A stretch of DNA of 64,000 bases from a virus: positions 96,001 through 160,000 of the IMG/VR virus record IMGVR_UViG_3300043411_001575, one strand, 5' to 3'. Under the pieces are notes generated by a model, which saw only the letters and a program-made list of their open reading frames with translations, ran no database searches and was not told the DNA's origin. Within the stretch, counting starts at the first letter, position 1, and every line of letters begins with the position of its first letter. The position numbers were made by a program, and so were the translations under genes. Shown here one piece after another: positions 17,979 through 25,897 of this stretch.

Positions 17979-18764
17979 ATGAGCGAGGGCAAAAAAGAAA
18001 TATTATTAGGAGATTGTTTGGAACTTATGAAGGATATACCAAACGGAAGTATTGATATGATACTTTGTGATTTACCATACGGAACAACTGCTTGTAAATG
18101 GGATAGTGTAATACCTTTTGAACCACTTTGGAAAGAATATGAAAGGATTATAAAGACCAATGGTGCTATTTTATTGTTTGGAACACAACCATTCACAACA
18201 GAACTAATATTGAGCAATAGAAAATTGTTTAAGTATGATATGGTTTGGTGCAAAGACAAACCTGCTGACTTCGGAAATGGCAATATAAAACCATTAAGAT
18301 ACCACGAAACAATTTGTGTATTTTATACCAAAACGCCAACATACAATAAGCAATTTGAAAGCAGAAAAGGAACTGGCTATTCAAGGGCTAAATATCCTGT
18401 AAATTACATAAACAATTCAGAGCATAAATTTGGAATGAAAGATGGTTCTTTTGATTATGCAAATAAAGACAGAATGATTGGAACTGTAATAGATATTACA
18501 ACTGGTGCAAGAGGTAGCATAAAACACCCAACAGTAAAGCCCGTTCCTTTATTTGAACATTTAATCAAAACATATACCAACGAAGGTGAATTGGTTTTAG
18601 ATAATACAGCAGGAAGCGGAACAACTGCAATTGCTTGTTTGAATACTAAAAGGCAATTTATAGTAATGGAAAAAGAACAAAAGTATTACGATATGATTTT
18701 AAAAAGGGTGGGAGATTTTAATAAAAATTTTGAACCGCAAACTCTCTTTGGAAACGAAATGTAG
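17979..18764 (+). CDS. DNA methyltransferase, beta class, cassette 25
   Basis: GDCL, DLPY, HPTVKP, DNTAGSGTT. Confidence 0.9.
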   Translation: MSEGKKEILLGDCLELMKDIPNGSIDMILCDLPYGTTACKWDSVIPFEPLWKEYERIIKTNGAILLFGTQPFTTELILSNRKLFKYDMVWCKDKPADFGNGNIKPLRYHETICVFYTKTPTYNKQFESRKGTGYSRAKYPVNYINNSEHKFGMKDGSFDYANKDRMIGTVIDITTGARGSIKHPTVKPVPLFEHLIKTYTNEGELVLDNTAGSGTTAIACLNTKRQFIVMEKEQKYYDMILKRVGDFNKNFEPQTLFGNEM

Positions 18765-18774
18765 TGCTTGCGTA

Positions 18775-18894
18775 TAACGGTATCGGGCTTGGCGAAGTGG
18801 CTGAACCGAATGTTTGATAGAAGCACAAAACTTAATAATTAAAAACGAATGATTGATAGAATTACTGAACAGCCATTTTGCCAAACCCGTGTTA
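18775..18894. repeat. attC-like hairpin H25, contains start codon
   Basis: H8 family stems. Confidence 0.9.
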
Positions 18895-19643
18895 TGTGCA
18901 GGGCGGTTGATAACCTTGAACTCCTTTTGTCGCAACCTGATGAAAGTGTAGATTTGATTTACTGTGATATTCTTTATGGAACGGGTAGGAATTTCGGTGA
19001 TTACCAAGACTTAAAACCAATTAGAAGCGAAATAGAAAGCCACTACCTACCAAGACTTATTGAAATGAAACGAGTTTTAAAAAGTACAGGTAGTATTTAT
19101 TTGCAAATGGATACACGAATAAACCATTGGATGCGCATTTTGATGGATGATGTTTTTGGGTATGAAAATTTCCGCAATGAAATAGTATTTGGATATAATG
19201 GGGGTGGTGTTTCAAAGAATTGTTATCCTAAAAAACACGACATAATCTTGTTTTATTCTGTTAGTGATAAATACTATTTTAATAACGAAAAGAAACCATA
19301 CTCCGCTTTAAGTTCACAAAACTTATTGTGGAAACATAGGAATAAAAAAAGACTTGATGAACTTAATGATGGCACACCTGTAACCGATGTATGGACTGAT
19401 TTGAAGTTTAAAATAAATTACCAAGAGGAAGAATATACAGGATATGCTACCCAAAAAACAAAAGAATTATTGAGCCGTATTGTTTTAGCTTCCACAAATG
19501 AAGGCGATACAGTTGCAGATTATTATTTAGGTAGTGGCACAACGGCAGTAGTTTGTAAGGAACTGAACCGAAATTTTATAGGTTGCGATATTAATCCAAA
19601 AGCTATTGAAATAACAAATGCTCGTTTAGATGCACTTTCGTAG
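18849..19643 (+). CDS. DNA methyltransferase, beta class, cassette 26
   Basis: DLIYCDILY (variant motif IV), FRNEIV, YATQK, DYYLGSGTT. Confidence 0.85.
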   Translation: MIDRITEQPFCQTRVMCRAVDNLELLLSQPDESVDLIYCDILYGTGRNFGDYQDLKPIRSEIESHYLPRLIEMKRVLKSTGSIYLQMDTRINHWMRILMDDVFGYENFRNEIVFGYNGGGVSKNCYPKKHDIILFYSVSDKYYFNNEKKPYSALSSQNLLWKHRNKKRLDELNDGTPVTDVWTDLKFKINYQEEEYTGYATQKTKELLSRIVLASTNEGDTVADYYLGSGTTAVVCKELNRNFIGCDINPKAIEITNARLDALS

Positions 19644-19702
19644 CTTTGCACATAACGTGTATTTAATGGAATGGAGTGTCAAAATCAATTAGTTACATAA
19701 TA
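19640..19702. other. putative attI-like primary recombination site
   Basis: Last TAACG (19653-19657) is followed by the integrase gene instead of a hairpin and TGTTA. Confidence 0.55.
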
Positions 19703-20572
19703 ATGGAAGATAAAATTAACAAATTAAGGAGGGAGTTATCCATAAGGAAATATGCTCCTAATACAGTTGAAACATATTGTTCATGTCTTAAAGTTATTTT
19801 TAGTAAATGTGGAATTAATCCAAGTATTGATTCTTTAAAGTCATATTTATTAACTATTGAAAATAGAAACTACCATAAACAAATAGTCGCTACATTCAGA
19901 AACTACTCTGAATTTGTATTAGGTATTAAATTATCTTTAAACGATGTTCCTTATCCTAGAAAACAAGAAAGTTTGCCTGAAATATATTCAGTTGAAGAGG
20001 TTTCTAAATTAATTAATATTCCTAAAAATTTAAAACATCAATCTATAATTTTTTTATTGTATGGATGTGGACTTAGAGTTAGTGAATTAATTAATTTAAA
20101 ATTAACTGATATAGATAGTGATAGAATGGTTGTTAACATCCGAAAAGCAAAAGGAAATAAGGACAGGCAAATAATGTTGGATGAATCTTTACTTAAATTA
20201 CTTCGTGATTATTACACTGAATATAAACCAATAAATTATTTATTCAATGGTCAAAAAAAAGACCAATATAGTGACAGGTCTGTAAATGAACTTCTTAAAT
20301 ATTGGTCTAAAAAAGCAGGTATAAAAAAACATATTCATGCTCATTTATTAAGGCATTCATTCGCTACCCATCTTTTAGATGCAGGAATAGACATGGCTAT
20401 AATTCAAAAGTTATTAGGTCATTCAAACATAAAAACAACGCAAATTTATGCAAAAATTTCAACCAAATTAATATCTCAAATTAAATCTCCATTATCAAAC
20501 ATTAAAATCAATTCAAATGAAAAATCTAGTAATATTATTCCTTTGTGGAATTCTGATAGGTTTCCAAACTAA
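19703..20572 (+). CDS. tyrosine recombinase (integron-integrase-like, no IntI insertion)
   Basis: N-terminal SAM-like RKYAPNTVETY; catalytic GLRVSE, KGNKDR, HLLRHSFATH, LGHSNIKTTQIY; alternative GTG start at 19676. Confidence 0.93.
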   Translation: MEDKINKLRRELSIRKYAPNTVETYCSCLKVIFSKCGINPSIDSLKSYLLTIENRNYHKQIVATFRNYSEFVLGIKLSLNDVPYPRKQESLPEIYSVEEVSKLINIPKNLKHQSIIFLLYGCGLRVSELINLKLTDIDSDRMVVNIRKAKGNKDRQIMLDESLLKLLRDYYTEYKPINYLFNGQKKDQYSDRSVNELLKYWSKKAGIKKHIHAHLLRHSFATHLLDAGIDMAIIQKLLGHSNIKTTQIYAKISTKLISQIKSPLSNIKINSNEKSSNIIPLWNSDRFPN

Positions 20573-20633
20573 GACCAAAAAGCAATTTAACTTTAAATCT
20601 CATTCAAAATTAACTAAAGCTGATTCCTAAAAC

Positions 20634-21395
20634 GTGCTAAAATTAGAAGATAAAGATTTCAATGACTATGTTACCCATCTTAGTGAATCAGGGTCAAGAT
20701 TTATTGTAGACGAAAAAAGGAACACTAAAAGTATAATTATTAGTGGAAAATATTTTGCATTTACAAAAAACAAAAACCATTTAGCTAAAGGTGAAGAAAA
20801 AAAAGAAATGTTATCTCTATTTAGTCAGGTAGGAAAATCTGTTTCAAACTACATAAAACTAAATGAGTTTGATGTAGAAAAAATAAAGCAGATTCATCCG
20901 CAAACTCAAGTTGACAGAAAAAAATATGAGAAGATGAAAGTAGGAGCTGAGTTCTTCTATGTTGATATTTCCCATTGTTTTTGGAGAATTGGTTTTTTAA
21001 AAGGATACATTAATCCAAAGCTATACAACAAAGTATTAAAGAACCCAAGTTTAAAGCAATTCAGGAACATGTCCCTTGCCATAATTAAAGCAGCTCGCTC
21101 TAGGTACTATTTTGATAATGGCAAACTAATAAATAAAGTTACTGAAGAAAGAACCCTGTGGGAGAATGTATATGATAACATCAGGTTCACCTGCTATAAC
21201 TTTTTAGGAGAAACAAAGAGTGTTGCAGGAAATAAATTCGTCGCTTACAAAACAGATGGTATAATGGTCACTAGACCCGCTTTAAAGAAGATTAAAGATG
21301 CTTTCACTGCGGCAGGATTCGAATACAAGGTTATCACCTGCTTTAAAGTTGATGATAAAAACTACTCTTATGGAGGTCTAATTAAGAAGATTTAG
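20634..21395 (+). CDS. hypothetical protein with family-B DNA polymerase-like palm motifs
   Basis: YVDISHCF, KQFRNMSL, YKTDGI in motif A/B/C order. Confidence 0.45.
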   Translation: MLKLEDKDFNDYVTHLSESGSRFIVDEKRNTKSIIISGKYFAFTKNKNHLAKGEEKKEMLSLFSQVGKSVSNYIKLNEFDVEKIKQIHPQTQVDRKKYEKMKVGAEFFYVDISHCFWRIGFLKGYINPKLYNKVLKNPSLKQFRNMSLAIIKAARSRYYFDNGKLINKVTEERTLWENVYDNIRFTCYNFLGETKSVAGNKFVAYKTDGIMVTRPALKKIKDAFTAAGFEYKVITCFKVDDKNYSYGGLIKKI

Positions 21396-21596
21396 AATCA
21401 ATATCATTGTGCAAAAACTCCAAACAAGGGTATTTTTACCCCTGAAAACAAATTATTTTTACAAGTTATTAACAAATTATGTTAAAATGGTATTTTTACC
21501 ATATTTATCAATAGTTTCATCACCAAATGAAATACTAAAAACACATTAAAAACAGGTAACTTTACCCCTAATTGTTAATATCTTTTAACTCACAAT

Positions 21597-21627
21597 TTTG
21601 GCACTTATCACAAAATACCTACATTTG
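21597..21627 (+). promoter_or_regulatory. Bacteroidota-type promoter heading the early gene cluster
   Basis: TTTG-N19-TACATTTG. Confidence 0.65.
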
Positions 21628-21784
21628 TATTGTAATTAACGGTCAAAATAAAACATAAGCCACCATGAAAATAACTATTCAACTCTCAGATATGGTAACT
21701 ACCATAGAAAAGATACTAAACTTTGAAGATGTTATGGCAATGGCTCTAATGTACAATCCTAATTAAACAAATAAAAACAATAAT

Positions 21785-22180
21785 ATGGAAATCAAATTAA
21801 CACCCCAAGAGAGCGAAAGCTATTTTTATAACGCTTTATGCAACGGAATTGATTATGTATCGGGATATGGACTAGAGTTCAATTATAAATCAGAAGACTA
21901 CCAAAAAGCTAAAAAAGTTTGGGCTAAGGCTAATCCTGATAGTTCACCATGTAGAGAAGATATATGGCTGCAAATATTAAGAAATGGTGGCGAATTAACG
22001 CTTATTGACCATGAGTGTGAAGGTGAGTACACTAAGTCAATAAACATTAAACATGTACACGAAAGAGTTCAATTAACGGAGGTTCAACATTTATTAGATA
22101 TGCGAAATGAAAATGATGATGCTACTACGGCTGATTGCATACTTCAAACTTGCTTTTACGAAGAGATAATTTTCGGATAA
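21785..22180 (+). CDS. hypothetical phage protein
   Basis: ORF in co-oriented cluster. Confidence 0.7.
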   Translation: MEIKLTPQESESYFYNALCNGIDYVSGYGLEFNYKSEDYQKAKKVWAKANPDSSPCREDIWLQILRNGGELTLIDHECEGEYTKSINIKHVHERVQLTEVQHLLDMRNENDDATTADCILQTCFYEEIIFG

Positions 22181-22199
22181 AATAATCAAATACAAAAAC

Positions 22200-22484
22200 A
22201 TGGAAACCATAATAAATAAATTCGGGGAACAACAGACGAGTTGGACAAGTCACAAGCACCCAAATAATCCTGATTTCATGCAGGTTGTTAAGTACACTCA
22301 TATTGTTAAATCAGATGGCAAAACTTCTTTACATTGGAGCTTATTTAACGCTTCATCTAATGATAATCATGTTATACCAAATATAACATTAGAAGAAGCA
22401 AAAAGTAGATTTACAGATGTAAATGAAAAAGAAATTACTGAGGAGAATTTTCAAAAATGGTTAAATGAAAAAAAACACCAATAA
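22200..22484 (+). CDS. hypothetical protein
   Basis: ORF in co-oriented cluster. Confidence 0.65.
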   Translation: METIINKFGEQQTSWTSHKHPNNPDFMQVVKYTHIVKSDGKTSLHWSLFNASSNDNHVIPNITLEEAKSRFTDVNEKEITEENFQKWLNEKKHQ

Positions 22485-22495
22485 AACAAGAAATC

Positions 22496-22807
22496 ATGGA
22501 TACAGAAAACGAAATACAAGAAGACATAAAGCATATTTTAATCTTCGATAGCAAAGGTGATTATTATTGTGAAACGAATGGAGTAACAAATGCAGGTAAA
22601 ATAACAGGTGCTAATCCATCAAATATTTTTAGAGTAGCTAATAATGGAGACATAATCAGCACAAGTGATTATTACTTCATTAGCAGGTCAACTACTAGAC
22701 AAACAATTGCAGACTTAGAACTCGCTATAAAACTAATCATTATCTGTAAAGATACAAGGGGGCTTTCAAATAGAATTAGAGAAATTTTAAAAACAATTAA
22801 AAAGTAA
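22496..22807 (+). CDS. hypothetical protein, possible NUMOD1-like HTH
   Basis: GVTNAGKITGANPSNIFRV pattern. Confidence 0.55.
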   Translation: MDTENEIQEDIKHILIFDSKGDYYCETNGVTNAGKITGANPSNIFRVANNGDIISTSDYYFISRSTTRQTIADLELAIKLIIICKDTRGLSNRIREILKTIKK

Positions 22808-22814
22808 AACAGCC

Positions 22815-23300
22815 ATGAAAAAAGAATTAAGCTTAGGTAAAGTAGCCTACGACGGAAAAACAAAGTCAAACGAGGTAAGTCTTGAATTGAGAATAGAAAC
22901 TAAAAAAGAGTGCATCGATTGGGATACATTGAAGCCAATTAAGAATGTAACCGAATTAGCAATCAGTGGGAATATTTGGAACAGCAAAAAAACTGATGTT
23001 TATTGTGGCGGTCAGTGCTTAGATACTATCTCTGAATTCATTAAAACAAAAGAGTTTAATCGTATTAAAGCTATTTGGGAAGAATACCACCTAAACGATA
23101 TGAATGCAGGAACTAAAGCTCAAACTGAGGCTATCAGAAAATGGGAAGCTAAGGGTAACAAATATGATTACACTAATGCTTGTAACCACCTTAAAAAAAT
23201 TGGACTTCTTCACGATAGAGGATACCAATATGGAACAGGATGGTTGTGTCAACAAATACCATCTGAAGTAATTAAGGAAATAGAAACTCTTTTTAGTTAA
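22815..23300 (+). CDS. hypothetical phage protein
   Basis: GGQCLD, WEEYHLNDM, YQYGTGW. Confidence 0.7.
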   Translation: MKKELSLGKVAYDGKTKSNEVSLELRIETKKECIDWDTLKPIKNVTELAISGNIWNSKKTDVYCGGQCLDTISEFIKTKEFNRIKAIWEEYHLNDMNAGTKAQTEAIRKWEAKGNKYDYTNACNHLKKIGLLHDRGYQYGTGWLCQQIPSEVIKEIETLFS

Positions 23301-23325
23301 TTTTAATCATAAAAAAAATAAAGTT

Positions 23326-23778
23326 ATGAAAGAATTAATAACTAACTCGCTAAATGATGCTTTTATTCTTTTAGAAAAGCAAGTACCGCAAACAAAAAGG
23401 AAAACTGAGAGCATAAGCATTCAAGGTGTAAAGCCATTAGAACTTTCATCATTCATGAAAGATAATAGTGTACCAAATGATGCTTATTTTAGTGGAAGAG
23501 ATAACGGATATGATGCTTGGGACGATATTATTTTAGCTTGGGAAGTAGACGTACCTACAACAGATAAAGATAAATTATTATTCAAAAGAAAAAGATTCTC
23601 AGATATTGCTTTCAGACTCGTATATGATTTGTTAACAAAATGTGGGTACAAAAGAGTTGGATATAACACAGGTTTATTAAAAGAATTTAAAGATACAACA
23701 GTGTACGACATGTATGTTAATAAAGAATTTGATAGACTAGTTAAATACTACTCATTACCATTTATTAAAGAATCATAA
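23326..23778 (+). CDS. hypothetical protein
   Basis: ORF in cluster. Confidence 0.7.
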   Translation: MKELITNSLNDAFILLEKQVPQTKRKTESISIQGVKPLELSSFMKDNSVPNDAYFSGRDNGYDAWDDIILAWEVDVPTTDKDKLLFKRKRFSDIAFRLVYDLLTKCGYKRVGYNTGLLKEFKDTTVYDMYVNKEFDRLVKYYSLPFIKES

Positions 23779-23827
23779 GTAAACCTATACGTATAATTAA
23801 AAGTTAAACAACTAAAAAACAATAACT

Positions 23828-24154
23828 ATGCAACATTTATTTGTAACATACGAAATAGCTAAGAAGCTAAAAGAATTAGGATTTGATAGACTTTGTTTCA
23901 CATATTTTTTTGCAGGTACTAATGATTTATATAATGGTACTGTAAGAATGTACAACTTTAATAAAGGATTAGAAACTTCTGCTCCACTATGGCAACAAGC
24001 TATTGATTGGTTTTACGATAACCACGAGATTTTAATAGTTCAGATTCCATCTTACAGTATGAAAGTTTGGGAAGTAAGTAAAAAAGGGAATAAAGATGTA
24101 ATTTCAGGGCTATCAATTAACAAGGCAATCGAGGAAGCAATTAAATTAATTTAA
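23828..24154 (+). CDS. hypothetical phage protein
   Basis: FVTYEIAKKLKELGF..SAPLWQQAIDWF. Confidence 0.7.
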   Translation: MQHLFVTYEIAKKLKELGFDRLCFTYFFAGTNDLYNGTVRMYNFNKGLETSAPLWQQAIDWFYDNHEILIVQIPSYSMKVWEVSKKGNKDVISGLSINKAIEEAIKLI

Positions 24155-24166
24155 AAAAAACAAATC

Positions 24167-24394
24167 GTGGAAAATTCAAACATAAATTCAGGTTCAGAAG
24201 TATTTCGCCCAAAGACAAGAGGTGAGCTATATGATAAAATTAAAGAAGGTGTTAAATGTGAAGTAGTAGCTTCAAACAAAGCGTTTACATCACTTGCACT
24301 ACAATCACTAGCAATCATTAAAAAAGAAGGGCTTAAATTCAAAACTAGTCCTTCAAAAAACATAGGGTGGGTAATTTTCGAAAAGTCAGTTTAA
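24167..24394 (+). CDS. hypothetical protein
   Basis: ORF in cluster. Confidence 0.55.
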   Translation: MENSNINSGSEVFRPKTRGELYDKIKEGVKCEVVASNKAFTSLALQSLAIIKKEGLKFKTSPSKNIGWVIFEKSV

Positions 24395-24415
24395 CTAATT
24401 TTAAAAAAAACGATT

Positions 24416-24631
24416 ATGGACGACATAAAAATCGGGGACTTTGTAAAAGGTTCTTATAAGTTCGGGTGTATCTGTGGAGTTGTTGTTGATGTTAAAAAAT
24501 CAATTGTAATAATTAAAAAATGTAATCAACATTACAATGAATATACTCTCACAGAAAAATTAGTAAATGTAACAAAAAGCAGAATTAGAGAAGTAGGTTT
24601 AAATGAAAACGAAACATTAAAATTAAGTTAA
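24416..24631 (+). CDS. hypothetical protein
   Basis: ORF in cluster. Confidence 0.6.
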   Translation: MDDIKIGDFVKGSYKFGCICGVVVDVKKSIVIIKKCNQHYNEYTLTEKLVNVTKSRIREVGLNENETLKLS

Positions 24632-24632
24632 A

Positions 24633-25064
24633 ATGAAAACTAAAGAAGTTGAAACTAAAAACAGATTAATTCTAAGAATAAACCTGTACGTTGATTATAC
24701 AAACGATACTCAACCATTAACTGAAAACCATAAGTTGTTTGAAGTAATAAAAGAAACAGAACACCGATTATACTTCAAGGGTGGCGGCTATACAAACAAA
24801 GAAAATATTGGTGATGTAAAAGGAACAATGAGTGTTATTGAAACAGCAGATAACAACTACAAAACAATATTCAATTCTTCAATCTATTGTAATCCTGAAG
24901 ACGAACAAGAGTACCAAGCATTACTAAGAGCTGACTTCATTAATCAAGTTACAAAGATGAAAAACCAAGTATCTAAGTTCCACAGCCTTTACGCTCATGA
25001 TGATATTCTCCCATCAGATTCAGATTATGTTGTCGTAACTAAAAAATCGGAAGTAGTAATTTAA
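24633..25064 (+). CDS. hypothetical protein
   Basis: ORF in cluster. Confidence 0.65.
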   Translation: MKTKEVETKNRLILRINLYVDYTNDTQPLTENHKLFEVIKETEHRLYFKGGGYTNKENIGDVKGTMSVIETADNNYKTIFNSSIYCNPEDEQEYQALLRADFINQVTKMKNQVSKFHSLYAHDDILPSDSDYVVVTKKSEVVI

Positions 25065-25178
25065 AAAAAACAAAAGCCATGATTTACCTTACAATTTTTA
25101 ATACAATAGCAATCATCGTAATTTTCTTTTTACTAGGTATACACAAAAAGTTTAGCATCGAGGTAAAAACAACTTTTT

Positions 25179-25451
25179 TTGATAAAACAAAAGTTGGCAT
25201 TCAATTTTAACAATAGAGGGTTCATGTATATTCCTTTAAGAAATAGAAGAAAGATTGAACTACACGAAGAAGTTTGTAGATTAATAGCAGGAAGTGAGCA
25301 GAATAGAATATATACTCTAAACGCTAAATTTTCTTGGGTAAAAACAGATAGGGAATTATATGAATTCGAGAAAGAATATTCTACTGTAGATAGAAAGATT
25401 GTTGAAACGCTAGTATCTAATTTCAAAAACAAAAATCATGGAACTCAATAA
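25179..25451 (+). CDS. hypothetical protein
   Basis: ORF in cluster; start uncertain. Confidence 0.5.
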   Translation: MIKQKLAFNFNNRGFMYIPLRNRRKIELHEEVCRLIAGSEQNRIYTLNAKFSWVKTDRELYEFEKEYSTVDRKIVETLVSNFKNKNHGTQ

Positions 25452-25698
25452 AATTTTAGAAAACCTTTGTTACTATGACAAGCGCAATCCTAACTGCACA
25501 ATGGATGATAAGGAATTAAAAGAGCATCGTGAAAGCAGAAAACGTAATAATTTAATCGCTTTGAAAAATCTACGAGCAAAAGGTGTGAAAATAACTGAAT
25601 ACGAATCAGGTTGCTCATGTGACAACTGCTTCTACGGGAGAACAGAATTAGCAGAGGAAATTTTAAAACTTAAAAATATTCAAAATGAAACAGTATAA
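25438..25698 (+). CDS. hypothetical protein
   Basis: LCYYDKRNP..CSCDNCFYG. Confidence 0.65.
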   Translation: MELNKILENLCYYDKRNPNCTMDDKELKEHRESRKRNNLIALKNLRAKGVKITEYESGCSCDNCFYGRTELAEEILKLKNIQNETV

Positions 25699-25885
25699 AT
25701 ACAAGGTAATATACCTTAACGGAAACGAAGAAACATTCACCTGTAATGGTTTCAATTCTGCAATTATTTTAGGCATGGCTCATGCTATCCATAAAGCTTG
25801 GGATATGAGAATAAAATACATCACCGATGAAAAAGGTGTACAAATTAAGGATATTGAATCACCTACTTACAATTATTCACATTAA
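25685..25885 (+). CDS. hypothetical protein
   Basis: ORF in cluster. Confidence 0.6.
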   Translation: MKQYKYKVIYLNGNEETFTCNGFNSAIILGMAHAIHKAWDMRIKYITDEKGVQIKDIESPTYNYSH

Positions 25886-25897
25886 AAGCCAAGCTCA

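Larger units (their letters stand above)
1..20572. mobile_element. Integron-like cassette array (26 cassettes, truncated at window start) with terminal tyrosine recombinase
   Basis: Cassette bodies GTTA..TAAC: 11-870, 954-1431, 1514-1741, 1824-2416, 2471-3309, 3390-4322, 4412-5323, 5442-6098, 6211-6940, 7021-7629, 7712-7953, 8071-8628, 8710-9572, 9690-10425, 10533-10828, 10909-11730, 11810-13001, 13114-13882, 13995-14712, 14762-15411, 15494-15993, 16059-17030, 17149-17446, 17564-17792, 17911-18778, 18891-19656; hairpins lie between them and the integrase follows. Confidence 0.88.

Noticed and set aside
867-18894. Hairpins as intrinsic terminators
   Set aside because: Large loops, no poly-T tails, invariant TAACG/TGTTA cores, and several are translated through
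164-19007. Minus-strand and hairpin-spanning ORFs in the track (e.g. 164-424, 1661-1852, 2309-2518, 11811-12188, 17945-18283)
   Set aside because: Shadow ORFs overlapping well-supported plus-strand genes or crossing recombination sites with no protein motifs
85-19643. Restriction-modification systems
   Set aside because: No recognisable endonuclease or specificity subunit partners; the MTases look orphan
1-19656. CRISPR array or REP-type repeats
   Set aside because: Repeats are conserved in structure rather than sequence, are separated by whole genes, and no cas operon is present; the Cas4-like nuclease sits in a recombination module
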